This document shows, one piece after another, positions 1 to 12,483 of a DNA stretch of 64,000 nucleotides. Position 1 is the first letter of the stretch. Each line of letters begins with the position of its first letter. A model generated the notes under the pieces. The model was given only the letters and a program-made list of their open reading frames with translations. It did no database searches and had not been told where the DNA came from. The stretch is from Marsupella aquatica (taxonomy: Eukaryota > Plantae > Marchantiophyta). The stretch spans positions 21,453,619-21,517,618 of the forward strand of contig OZ316892.1 in the NCBI GenBank assembly GCA_973895155.1. The letters run 5' to 3'. The position numbers and the translations under genes were made by a program.

Positions 1-394
1 GGCAAGTGGGGGTGGGAGCACTGCTCGTGGTCATTCAGGGGCCAACAGGGTGAGTGGGACTGCAGTTGGTGGCATTGGTGATGGGACTCCATCTCATCAG
101 TCAGGGGCTAGTGGAGGTGCAGGGTCTCACCACTCTGCAGCCCAAGGGGGTAGTGGAAGTGCATCATTTCATACTTGCTCCGATGCTGGGGGTGTTGCAG
201 TGCCTTCTCATGACTTAGAAGGTGATGTTGGTGACGTTGGTACCGCGATAGCTCCAAGCACCACAGCTGCAACTGGATCTCATGCTGTCATTGATAGGGT
301 CCTAGGGTTAGTGCCAGATGCCACTACCCGACCAGAGAGTTATCGCCCTCGTGCCAAGAAGAGGAAGGGAGGACATGCACCAACATATGGATAG
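1..394 (+). CDS. 3' end of a low-complexity Gly/Ser-rich ORF, probably the last exon of a CACTA accessory gene (starts outside the window)
   Basis: ORF ends at TAG 392-394 and contains a basic KKRK patch. It lies just upstream of CACTA subterminal repeats and a terminus at 1176. No recognisable domain. Confidence 0.3.
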   Translation, partial: ASGGGSTARGHSGANRVSGTAVGGIGDGTPSHQSGASGGAGSHHSAAQGGSGSASFHTCSDAGGVAVPSHDLEGDVGDVGTAIAPSTTAATGSHAVIDRVLGLVPDATTRPESYRPRAKKRKGGHAPTYG

Positions 395-639
395 GCCAGG
401 TAGCTTAGCATAGGACCATTTGTAGGTAGGCCGTGATGCCATGCAGGTTGAGATGGATTATACACTTGTACATGTAAAGGTTGTACTTTCCATGCTAGAG
501 GAAGCCATCCTCTTTTGTATATATAATGGCAGGGGTTTTCCCCCTTTTGAGTCTCACTACCATTCTTGCTACCCATGCTCACTTCCATGCATCCCAACAT
601 TGTAACCCCCACACCCCCAAAATTAATAATCAGAAATTT

Positions 640-1176
640 ACCCCATCAATTATCCGATACTCCTCCGATCTTAAAACTATCAAAATGTCCAATTCTCTAA
701 AACTCAGAATTTGCCATCCCCAGAGAATTGATCTTTCCGATACCCTCAGTTACGGTCTTTCCAATACTTCTACTAACGGTATTTCCGATATTTCTAACGA
801 CAGTATTTTCGATCCTCTTATTTACGGTCTTTGCGTAACCTTTTGCTACGCAATATGCAATATTCATAGTTACCCAAATTCCGATTCTCTACATATCGGA
901 AGTGTATCGAAAACACTCGGCTTGTGGGCCGCCTCCCCTCTTCCATTTCCGATTTTATGAACATCGGATGGCTGTTTTTCCGTTATTGTCAAGTACGCAA
1001 AGTGCGTTAATTTTAGTATCGCAAAGTCCGATTATCTTCCGATTGTCATTATCCGATGGGTTGAGTATCGGAATTTGCGATACATTTAGAGTCGGATGAG
1101 ATGTTTTTCTTGGAAAATTTTTACAAAGGGATCCGAAGGTGTTCGTATCGAAAATTGGCCTCATAATGTACTAGTG
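640..1176. mobile_element. CACTA (En/Spm) right end with subterminal repeats
   Basis: Dense TCCGAT/ATCGGA/CGATA motifs in both orientations end in ...GGCCTCATAATGTACTAGTG (1176), whose reverse complement begins CACTAGTAC. Confidence 0.7.
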
Positions 1177-1294
1177 AATTTAACCAAATTTGGCCCATTT
1201 CACCATGAAATAACCGTAAATCCTCAAATACCAACCCCATGAGGCCCACTCTTCTATCAAGAAAGAATCACCCTTGTCCGTTACTAGTCCAATG

Positions 1295-1868
1295 CAATAT
1301 ACATCGGAAAAACACCTAATTATCCCATGCTTTCAGTATCGGGACATCCGATACTATGCTCTTCAAAAAGTCCTATACTAAACGCATTGGACCCCTCGTC
1401 CAGCAAGCATGACAAAAATCCAATGTCCGATACCGACCACTTCGGACCATCCAATATAAAAACAATCGGATTGTCCGATACATGCAACATTGGACTTTCC
1501 AATCTGTATTCCAACGGATGTTGCGATACTAAACGCATCGGAAACTCTGATGCTATAAATTATGCACATTGCAAAGCTCTAGGTAACGGAAATTTCAATA
1601 TGATATGTATCAGACGCCAAGTTTTGCGATTAAGGTCACCCAAGTAGATATCCGACTCTCTTTGCATTGGATACAAAATAGTCCAAAATGGTTTGCTTCG
1701 GAAATACCGATGCAGAGAGAAACGGAAAGTCCGAAGGTTGGTGTCCGATATGTGGAGAATGGGAACATACAAAGCGGGTTACATCGGAAGTACCAAATTT
1801 AGTGTGCAACTTTCGTGAAGGGATCCAATGGAGATGGCATCGGATAAAGGCCCAAAAATGTACTAGTG
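1295..1868. mobile_element. Second CACTA right end of the same family
   Basis: The same CCGAT/ATCGG subterminal motifs end in ...GGCCCAAAAATGTACTAGTG (1868). Confidence 0.65.
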
Positions 1869-2301
1869 ATGACTCATGCACTGGCAGAAGAGGCAGCATG
1901 GCTAGAAGCGCAAAAGATAGACAGCTTTGAGATGCAAAAAACTAACCCAGGATGTGATTATTAGTAGGAAATTGTGACCACCTCCAACTGGCTGTAGCTC
2001 CAACCTCAAGGTCTCGCTCATGTGAACACCTAAAATCATGCAGCAAATGGCTTCGGAAATGATAAGCAACAATAGAGGCAGTGGCAGGCAGAGAAAATAG
2101 AGAAGGCCAAGCATAGGCGGCTTCAACTCCAACCTCCTTGCTTGACCCAGGCCTGAATGTCAGTCCACAGTGACCTCCACTCTCAACTTTGGTATTGCAG
2201 AACTTCCCCACTAAAAGCTTCAGGGAATGAGCTGTTGCAAAATGCCGGTTCAAGGCCACAGCAGGGCAAATTTCTCAAAAGCAATTTAATTGCCTAGACG
2301 A

Positions 2302-4836
2302 CACTAGAAAAGTTGGAGGCAATATTACAACGGAGCATTCTACATCTAAGGGCTAGCGACGTCGTTGCAAAGATGGTTTAACCTCGTTCTGAGTCGAGAC
2401 TAAAAGCTTTAGATCCAGTCATTCCGCAATTCCTTAAAGAAAAACCCGTGATGGACATGCAATGTTGTGCTACTGCAATGAACAGAGTAAGGCAATGCAC
2501 TGGTCATCGTAGCTATGAAGAAGAAATGGTAGTTGAAAGTCTAGCTCAAACAATGGAGTGTATGAATTAGCGCTCAAGAAGGTCACCTGAAAGTTGCGCG
2601 TACAGCTTGAAGATGGAGCAGCCCAATCAGCTTCCAATCAATGCGTAGCAAGCACAACTCCACTGTGAGCAGACTGTCTTTGCAATGCCAGGGGCCGTTT
2701 TAGAGCACAGCTTGCAAGTGAAGGCTCAATGAAGCATGTCGTCTCTGGCAAGTATCAATCTTCCCAAGGTAGCAAACAAGTTAGGGTCCGTCGCCTATTC
2801 CTTCACTGCCGCATCCTTCCCAATGCCTGCTCTATAGTCGCGTCTTGTCTGCAACTCTACAGCTCCCCGTGTTGAGCTCCGCCGCACTTAGCTGTATTCC
2901 AATGCCGGGTCCTTCGATGCTCTCCTCTCGGACAACGCTAGGCACTCGTAACTTTGTCAATGTGGCCGACAAATCCCAGAGCGCTGCCAAGCTTGGTCGT
3001 TGCTCAAGTTGTAACAGTGTGCGGCTCAGTGACAGTGACCTTCAGAACTCACTAACACCAAATCCTGTCTCTAAGTCCGCACGTCTCTAAGTCCGCAGCG
3101 CCAACCACAAGAAAGGTGGAACACAAAAACCTCACTATACAGTTAGCAAAACAACAATGCTTGATCTTTGCCCTTCGCCCTTTGCCCGAACCCCAAAATA
3201 TCACAAGCGTAGCTCCAACGTCCAACCGGCAACCCTCCCCCAAGCTTTGTTAGACAAAAATCAGCACATCACAGCTGAGCTCGACGGAAATCAGCTCAAC
3301 ACCCACCGTAGCTGAACAAAGCTCACACAAGAGCTCATACGGGAGCTCACTGTGGGAGTAAAAGAAAAATAGGAGGCCGATGGCAGCCCGCAACTCCCAC
3401 ACCCTGCTCCTTCACAACTCTGGCGAGCTCCTTTGCAACTCCAATGCAAACTACTATCCACAAATGTAAATGCACATCGATCAGCTAAACCTAAACCCTC
3501 CCACTGAGCTCAGACTCCCGCGCAACACTCCCGTAGTAGCACTCCCGCAACAGCACTTTGCACAGCACTCCCGCAGCACATTGCACAGCCTCCCGCAGCA
3601 CTTTGCACATTGCTCCCGCAGCTCCTGGAGCCCTGATTGCATCCTTGATTGCACACTCTTGAGGCAAAACAGCAGCGCAACCTTGCTAATTAAACCCCTC
3701 GACCCTCTCGCCCTAAACGCTGAGTGGCAGACACTAACCGCAACATTCAACGTTGAGCCTCGATACTTTGTGAGAAAAGTAAAACATGACTCAAAGGCAC
3801 GAGGGTGAAAAGGGTGCAAAGAGCCGTTTGGCGCAAACCTTACTACGACATGGCAGCCCCTAGAGTGATCTCAACCATCCGGATGAAAGAGATAATTGCC
3901 TTCAGTGATCTCGACCATCAATATGGAGGTTCATGTTAACCCAAGGCCCCATTCCCTCTACTTCAAGTGTCTAAATTAATTACACTCCAAGCCTTGTCTA
4001 GCCCCTAAAAAACTAGTGCTAAGTCATGACTACTTGGCCCTCTCAAACTATAGCCCAGCTGAGTAAACTTCCAATATGCGACTTTTTGATGGTGGGGATC
4101 GATGGACTCCATCCAATGGTCCCTAAACCCCCCACCCTTGACATGTAAACCCCCCTAAACCCCCTTTAGTGAAACCCAGCCACCCCCACGCCTTGACATA
4201 TAAACCCCTCAAACGTCTTGACAACTCGACTGTGGCCAGACTGTCTTTGCAATGCCAAACGCCATTTTAGAGCGCTGCTTGCAAGCTCAGGATCAATGAA
4301 GCATGTTGCCTCCAGCTCTCCAGATCCTCCCAAGGCAGCAAACAAGTTAGGGTCCCTGTTTGTTTACCCTAAATCGCTGCGTCACTATTTCAATTGAGTG
4401 TTCTCTAGCTGGACAACCCCCTTCACTGACCCCACCCCCTTGAGACCTAACCGGCCCACCCTTGGCATATAAACCCCCCTAAACCCCTTTAGTGGTGACC
4501 CCCCACACCCTTCACATGTAACCGGCCCACCCTTGAGCCCTAAACCCCCCCAAACCCACTATGGAGTATATAATGAATTGTGCAACCCCCCATATGCCCA
4601 TTATCAAATTAAAGCCCACAACTAAACCCTACAATCCATCATGTGCTAGAGTGTTCATACATTCACAAAGTAGGGTACTTTTCATAGTCTTATTCAAAAC
4701 CAAAAAGCACTTACAGTCTTTTGTAGTGTTCATGTGAACCGTGGCAATGGTTTCGAGTCATTTAAGGTTGCCAAAGAGGACTTAGTGGCCTTAGTCCTAT
4801 AAGGTTTGGTTTAAATTGCCCCGGTTTCTACTAGTG
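2302..4836. mobile_element. Putative decayed or non-autonomous CACTA element
   Basis: Left end CACTAGAAAAGTTGGAGGCAAT (2302) versus the reverse complement of the right end, CACTAGTAGAAACCGGGGCAAT (4836). Flanks are CGA and CAA (3-bp TSD with one mismatch). It contains an internal ~120-bp direct repeat (about 2670-2790 and 4237-4355) and AAACCCC-rich repeats at 4120-4560. Confidence 0.45.
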
Positions 4837-4962
4837 CAAATTATGTGAGTGTGCTAACCCTTATGACATGATCATCTTTCAGTTTGTGCCATACATTCTC
4901 TAAGTGTGCTGATAAATATTTGATTGCATTATTGTGCTGATAGTTGTTCCTGCCTTTTTCAG

Positions 4963-6768
4963 AAGAGGCAGAGAGGTCATAGCCCAGGTCTATTAGACCT
5001 TCGACCTAATCCTTTTGATGACAAAGCAAATGTTTTGGGTTGGAGGTCAGATGTAAGCCCGTCCTTGGCAAGTAGTAAGTCCATCCTTGGTACACCTGCT
5101 CACCAGCTAGGGAGGAACTCAATCATGAGTTTCTTTCTCTTCCTTTCCATATTGTAAGTACACCTGTCTCGGGTAATATTTTAAGAGGACACAAAGTGGC
5201 TGTATATGGCTAATTTTTTGACTCACTGTGGTTTTCCAGACACCCGTATCCAACCTTGTAGTTGAGCGAAATGATGAAGTGATTTGTGAGAAAATAACCA
5301 GTTCTATCAATACTACTTTAGCTGCTGGGTTGGCACTGGTGGCTAAGACAATTGCAGAGAGCTTGGGAAATTACCAGCAACATATGAGTGTTCTGCATCA
5401 GAAGGAGACATCTCATGTAGGAGGGGTAGGTATCAATATTGAAGCTTCCCACTTAGAGGGGAGTGGTGGACCTGGAGCACTTGGTACGTCAAGCCTACCC
5501 ACTTCCACAATTAAGGCTGCATCGGGCACTTCAGCACCAAAGAGTTCTGCAATGAAGTTGAATTTTGTGGATCTGTCCAAAGAGGGTATGTCTGTCTAAT
5601 TTGTACTCTAAGCTAGGTCATGACCATTTGGTCTGGGTGATCAAAAATTAAGTGCTTAATTTTGTAAAATCATTGTAATGCAAATGATTTGTAAAAGCAT
5701 TTCGATCATCTGCAAAATTGAATAATATATGTCCATGTCGGTGAGGAAGGTGCGGAGCAGAAAGACCTGATGGACGATGCGGAGTATAGTCACTCTGTGA
5801 CTGTAAAGCAGGAGGTCTTAGATGATCCCACAAAGGTCCTTATCTCCAGTTCACCTCAACTAACTCCTAAGACAGGCAAGGGCCGAAAACCTAAAGGAAA
5901 GGTAAGGTTTTTGTGCTGCACTCAACTATCTCATAGTATAGATGCAAACTTTGTGACAAGGTGCTTAGCGCAGGGGCTCAAGAATTGTGTACATTCAAAG
6001 TTTTCTCAGGCCTGTGTTCTTACAAATTAGCTCTATGTCTTGTACGTGGATGGTGGATGTTCAAGTAGAATATGCACAGTATGTAGAATTTTTTTCAGTC
6101 CAATATATATGCACACCTGATTCTATGCTCTCGGTCTAAGTTTGTCTCACTTTTCCTTTGATCAGATGCCAAAGGTGGGAATCATGCAGGCTCTTGAAGA
6201 CGGCAATGAAACAATCTCAGAACACCCAACCCCTTCAAGACCTCTAACTACGGATGTTCTGAAGTCAGCGTCTTCACCAACTGTGTTGAAGGTGACAATC
6301 CTCATAGATTTCTCCTTTTCTAAATTAGTTACTATCATTTTGCATCTGTTCACTATTCTGCATTATGCATGATTGATTCACTTAGCAGTGATTACATCCC
6401 TTGAAATGGCGCGCATCAGTATTGTTGCAAGGGGTTCATTGGCACCACAGATTGAAAATATGGTCTCTAATTAAATTAGCCGTAATATATTGATTTACTT
6501 GTGGCAGTTCAAGATTGGGGACGTGGTGAAATTGAAGTCCCCAATGGACTCTCGGGTTGTTGCTCTTGCAACAGTGCAGGGAGTCTGGGGGCAAGATTTT
6601 TACAATGGCAATGAAATTCCACCAGGACATTTGATCGTGATTGCAAATGAGGTGTTTGAACATGATGCACCTCTACTTGAGAAAGAGCATCCAAACTCTC
6701 AGGTCAAATTTCTGAAGGATGTGGGTGACAAACATTTCTTGTGGTACCAAAAGTTGATGAGGAAGTAG
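4963..6768 (+). CDS. Spliced CACTA TnpA/ORF2-like gene, 5'-incomplete; last exon encodes a Tnp1/En/Spm-like C-terminal domain
   Basis: Phase-compatible GT-AG exons at 4963-5052, 5240-5585, 5750-5901, 6166-6291 and 6508-6768. The last exon (FKIGDVVKLKS..VVALATVQG...GNEIPPGHLIV...DAPL...LKDV...FLW) resembles Tnp1/En/Spm C-terminal domains. Confidence 0.65.
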
Positions 6769-7959
6769 CAAGGAGTTGTTTTTTGATAGAATGTAGTGAC
6801 TTCAGCTCTTTGGTTCAAGCTCGAGTAGTTTTGATGCACAAGCTGAGTTGGCCAATAGACTTGTTTTGTGATTAGTTTATCCAGGAAATACTTTACTGTG
6901 ATTCTGAACAGTCGATCACCTGTACATTGGGGGTGAAATGAAGTCTGCAGTCTCTATGCAGAATTTTATATTCATTCAATGGCTTTTTGTGTATATTTGC
7001 AATGTATATATCCTCTTGCAGTTGATTTCTAAGACATGTCTTTCTAGCTAGGCAATTTTTCAGGATGATTGGAAATAGGACCAGGAATAGGACCAATTGG
7101 CAAAATTGGTCCAATTATGAAATGACACAAAGGACTGCCTAAATAACTTCCATGAAGTCATAAATGACTGAGCGGAAAAGACTCAAATATTGGTAATATA
7201 AGACATCAACAAAATCACTTCAATAGTAGTCATTATAAACATGTCCTAAACAACTACAATTATCTCCACGTGTAGCCTACTGGGAAGCTATCAAAGTGTC
7301 ACCTGTTGGCTGCTGGAATGATGTAAAGGAGACACGTGTCCACTTGTAATTTGGTTTGTGTGGCTCAGACCTTCCACGTGTCTAAATGCTATTTGATGGC
7401 TTTAGACACATGTCGTTTCCTTATTTGATGAGTCGTAACACAATTCAACTCCGATTTAGAGTTATTTAAGACCATCAGTTCCTTTTAACAAAACACAATT
7501 CAACTAAGATTTTGAGTTATTTAAGACCGTCACTCTCCCAATGGACGGTGTCATAAACAACCTGCAATTTGCAGTTGTTGATAAAAGCAACACTATGTCC
7601 AAAAGGACTACTATACCAAAGCGACTTGCCTTTGTGAACTCAAATGAATGAGTTGTAAATTGTCCCAAACCACTCTGTCATAAGCTAGTCATTTTTTCAG
7701 TAATAAAAACATCATTTCCTTCTAGTGCTTGAAGCCAGTGGTGTGGGAAACAGGGCGCTGTAACAGATGGTCGTACCAAGATCCAATCAAAGAGTAAGAG
7801 AACTAGAAACAGAAAGATGTGACTCGGGAACAGGTGTCCATCCCGCCAAACCAAACTGAACAAACTGAGATGGCCATAAAAGGGCTAGTCCCTATCTAAA
7901 CCAAAACCAAGAGTCAGTCAATGGAAAGGAACAGGGTACAGGTACGTCAAGTGACTCCT

Positions 7960-9060
7960 GACAAGTTTTCAGTCTTCTCGCTTTTAGTGAAGGGCTATGG
8001 TAACCTTGTTGACAACGATAGCTTGGCATCTGATTAAACCACGCATAGGGGTATATAAAGGAGCCTGGTACTGTACGGCCATAAATGCTGGGCAGGGCTT
8101 AGGGAAGTTCAGGATCGGGCCGGAGGGATGGCTCAAACTTCCAAATTCACTAAATTTCTTTGTAGAAAATATTTACTCATTTTCAAAACTGAAAACACCC
8201 AACTGTAGATCTCTTTGAGATCTTTCTTTTGCACCCTAGATCGCCTTCTAACGTGGACGGACAAGATTTTAAGATGCAATAAACAATGAATGGAAGAGAT
8301 TGCAAAATCAACAAATCGACGGCCAGGAGGGCTTAGATTTGTTTTATTTTTCATTTGAGAAATATGAACCCATTTACAAAACGGAAAAAACCCATTCATA
8401 GATCTCCTTGTCTTTTGAGCCATAGACGGGGCCATAGATTGACCAATATGATGAACGGATGAGATTTGTGGAGGCTAAAAAATCAGACGGCTTATATTGA
8501 TCTTCCCCCCAAAATTCAAATTTGAATCCAGCCAATCAGAGCGCACCATTTGTTTTTTCATCATTTCTCTTGAATAATAAACCATTTTGCGTGAGATTTT
8601 TTGGAGCGTAGATCTCAATCATGAGACCTACGATTTGAGCCATAGATCGCATCCTATGGCTGAGGGTAGGCGCAGCTATGAGTGTCGATCGGATGGTGGA
8701 TTCCGGCACTGCTGCATAGCCCATCTTTTTGTTGGATGGATACAAATTTGTATGGGGACTCCGCGTTGCGCGGAGCCCCTTATACCCACATGCGTGGTCT
8801 AATCACATTTCTACAAAGTAACACTTATAGGAATGTATATATGGGCAGAGCAATTTTTGCCACCAAAGGTGTCCTGTCACTCTACTTGCATGGCTCAAAT
8901 ATCAATATTTTTTCTGTGAGCCTGGCTTGAATCTTACCCTATCACAATGCAATAACCAGTGGATTACTTTGGTGGTTTAGGGATTACCATGTTCTTGTAT
9001 TAAAATGTGCAGATCCGAAATGCAATTGTGGCATATTCTCCCAGTGCTTAATCTTGATTA
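7960..9060 (+). repeat. Orphan, diverged copy of the SKP1-like 3' flank, split by a MITE
   Basis: CTATGGTAACCTTGTTGACAACGATAGCTTGGCATCTGAT (~7995-8034) and 8800-9060 align by eye with 50955-51270 and 46750-46915. No SKP1 coding sequence is visible upstream. Confidence 0.75.
8037..8799. mobile_element. MITE (~763 bp) with TA target-site duplication (Tc1/mariner-type TSD)
   Basis: Left TIR AACCACGCATAGGGGTATA versus the reverse complement of the right TIR, GACCACGCATGTGGGTATA. TA lies at 8035-8036 and 8800-8801. Removing the element restores TGATTAATCACATTTCTACAAA, which matches the paralogous site TGATTAACTATATTTCTACAAA near 50997. Confidence 0.8.
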
Positions 9061-9239
9061 GCCATATCAAAATTCACAATACAAGGTTGCACAAAAAAAC
9101 ACAATTGTTGTCATTCAAATTTGACATGTTGGTTCGAGTGAAAAAAATTAAAACCTAAAAAATTGGAAGGAATAAGCCAAAAGTGAATAATGTTGAAAAC
9201 ATATGAACCAATTAGACCCTTCATCAAATTATATTATTT

Positions 9240-9357
9240 TACACCATCAAATCTATCCATACACTCCATCTGAAATACATGTGCACCTAAACTTCCCTTT
9301 AGCTTGCTTGTCACCTGCTCGAGATAAAGAATTATTTACATGTAAATTCTTAAATTT
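9240..9357. repeat. Dispersed repeat with an inverted copy at about 32525-32645
   Basis: ACACCATCAAATCTATCCATACACTC...CTTGCTTGTCACCTGCTCGAGA occurs here and as a reverse complement at 32525-32645. Confidence 0.75.
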
Positions 9358-9649
9358 AAAAATTGGAAAAAACTTAGAATTTTTGTTAAACCATTGCATA
9401 TAGAAACTATTTATCTATCTAAAAATATTTGGCTAAAAATTATTTATTTATTCCTATCACTCGGTTTTGTTTGGACTCTATGATGAGGTGGTGGGTGGGG
9501 TGGCGACTATCTCGCATCGGGTCTAGCGTCCCCAATTTCTATATGCAACGCACGGGTTATTGAACATGACCACAATAACTACATGCATAGAATCACACAT
9601 ACTTGCATCACTCACTAATTATATTGCAAAGTTTAATATATGTTTTTGT

Positions 9650-10730
9650 CATGCCTTGACATATTTTCCCATCTAGACATCTTTTTATAATCTTTGCATA
9701 TTTATTTCCTTAACATAATTACCTTGCCTTCACATCTTTTTATCACATTGACTCTTTTGGACATATTTTTCTCTCCCTGGAATCCTTTTTCACTTGACTT
9801 GACATCTCTTCCTCATCTCAACATCTTTGATCACCTTCACATTTTATCTTTTTTGCATATTGCTATATTTTTCTCACTTTGACATTTTTATCTCACCTTG
9901 ACATCTTGGGGGCCTCAATCCAAGGGGTATCACGCGTAATTGTTTTCGGGAATAAACAACCTAAAACTTAAGTCAATAATTTTTAAATTTTTTTTAAAAT
10001 TTACCCATAACTTAATGAAATATTATAATAATATTCTCAAGTTTTATTTTAAAAATAATATGATTCTTATAATTCTCAAAATTGGATTAAAATAACCCTA
10101 ATGTTCTTCAACAAAAAATTAAAAGTATTTCACTAAATTTAATAAAAAACCCTATACTTATTGTGCATGATAGGTCGGAAGAAAAGAGGTGAGGACCCCA
10201 GGCTTGACATCTTTTCCTCACCCTCGACATGTTTTCTCTACTCATCTTCTCGGGGGTCTCACTATATGGATGCCTCCCCATCCCCTGCAACGTTTTTAGG
10301 TCTTGAACCCCCTAAAATGTAAGAAAAAAAAATATTTTTCAACCCCTATAAAGTTGGAATATTCTTGGAATATTCTAAAAAATTGGTTAGAAAGACCCTA
10401 ATGTTCTTATAAGTCTCAAAATTGAATTTAAAAGACCCTATTGTTCTTCTATAAAAATTCTTAAGTCTTCTCTTCAAACCAATAAAATGACCTTATCCTT
10501 CGTCGCACGTGATGTGCCATTTTTGTGGAAGTGAAACCCCCGAGCTCATCTTTTTGTCATTGTTATCTTTTTTTTTTCACCTCAACATATTTTTTCTCAT
10601 CGACATCTTTTTCTCACCTAAACTTCTTTCTCACCTGGCTTGACATCTTGTTCTCTCATCAACATCTTCTTTCATCTCAACATCCTTTCTTCCCTCAATA
10701 TCCTTTCTTACCTCAACATCTTTTGTGCAA
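9650..10730. repeat. Degenerate CCTTGACATCTT/CCTCAACATCTT minisatellite arrays mixed with AT-rich duplicated blocks (TE-derived)
   Basis: Repeated ~20-bp units at 9650-9910 and 10550-10725; the same family occurs at 26745-27180. Confidence 0.6.
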
Positions 10731-12196
10731 CCTGTAGGCAGCGAACTGATAAGGATAAGGGACATAATGGACACCAAAAAGTTGTTGCAGGATAAGGTTT
10801 TCAAATCTTCCGGAATTTTTTTTGAAAGACCAAGCTAGTAGGCCACATCTGAATAAAGACAATGAGCTCTAGCTACCATCAATTTTGATTGTACTAAAAT
10901 ATTGCCCAAGCCTCTTCATATCAACAACAACTTAGTCTACAATACAGTTCTGGCTTATTTTAACAACCCATAATGAGATCAATGTTCATTCAATTCATAC
11001 CTACTAATTGAGCTTCAAAATCTAGCTTGAATCTTTCTTGCTTTCTAATATATATATTACCATGAGCCAAGACAAAATAAAAAAGTATGTTACATGATTG
11101 ATGGAGCAAAAGTAATGATTATTGAGTTTTGGGGGAATCTACATTTCTCATATTGCCAAAGGCGCACAACTTTATTACAGAACAACAGTACCCTCAATGT
11201 TCACCCGTCAAACTTGGTGAGTATAAGGTCCGGGTGTGATAGGCCAAAGACTAGCCCCAACTCCTGAGCCCAATGCTCTAGGCTTGTTTGCAAGCCATCC
11301 ATATTTAAGCAATGCGTTCCACCTGGCCAAATGGTGCCATGACCATCACATTAGTAGTGAAGACAACCTCAAAATCTACATAATTAGAATCTAAACAAAC
11401 AACGGAAAAATACTCTCGACAACGTTAATGTGGAAGGAACAAAAAGTCCCGCAAAAACAGCCTGATGATTTGACCATTCCTGCTCTTTACAATGTGCTGA
11501 ATCTCCTTAAACCAACCACCAGTGCACCTATAGCTCAGAGCTAAGGGTTACCCATGGTTCTCAGTATCAAGTTCAAAGGTTGAGTAGTGTGCTTGAAAGG
11601 TGATGAGTGTATAAACTTTGATTGGCAAGTGCTCCACCTTTATGGTGACTGAGACAATTTTTGTTCACCAGAGTACAAGAAGGATGAGTAAGGATGAGTG
11701 ATGAGTGACACCACAGGACAAGAAGGATAAGTAATGAGGGAGGGATTGAGGGTTTTATAAGGGTAGGTGTGGATTAAATAATGAAGTATCTCTCACTAGA
11801 TATGTACTTATCGGCCCTGAAGTGAGCGTATCATCGAACCGGTAGATATTTTTTTGACAGATGAAAGCGTCTGGGCGGATATAAGTATCCTGTCGCCAAT
11901 GTGGGAGATCGTTCTGTAATGGATACAAAGGTCGAAGCCAGCTTGTCGATCAGCTACTGCAACTAGCTGCCAAACGCATGGGACAAATCCCATCTAACAT
12001 CTAGCCAAAAGCTGCGGACTTAACTACCAGAGTTGCGCGAGCTGACTTCGGGCTGAATTAACCTTCAATCGCCTGAAGAAATGTTGATTGTGATTGACCT
12101 CGGGACTGAGCTCGCTGGGTGGATTAACACTCGTCAATAAGCATTCAACGAAAAATCCAGCGCTAGCTCGCTTGCACGAACTCTTACTCGGCGAGC

Positions 12197-12337
12197 TCAC
12201 ATACCTTGATGTAGAAAGGAAGATTTAGATATATATCGAAGTGCATGGATTTTGGGGACTTCAGCAATTCACATACCTTGATGTAGAAAGGAAGATATAG
12301 ATATATATCGAAGTGCATGAATTTTGGGGGCTTCAGC
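12197..12337. repeat. Tandem duplication of ~70 bp upstream of the SDR gene
   Basis: TCACATACCTTGATGTAGAAAGGAAGAT.TAGATATATATCGAAGTGCATG occurs twice. Confidence 0.85.
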
Positions 12338-12483
12338 TCGAAGCTCCTTCTCGCTGATGTGAGGTCTATCGATTGAAGCATGCCTTTTGGAAAGGTGATG
12401 ATTGGTTGTAAGGACGGGTTAAGGTGTGACTCGGGTTGGATCATTTAAAAGATCTGACTTTCGAGTTGAGCGAACACAACGAA

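Noticed and set aside
9535-9570. TGCAACGCACGGG resembling a Helitron terminal hairpin
   Set aside because: The hairpin is incomplete and no CTRR terminus follows.
11521-11580. TAGCTCAG...GTTCAA resembling tRNA A and B boxes
   Set aside because: No cloverleaf or acceptor stem can be formed.
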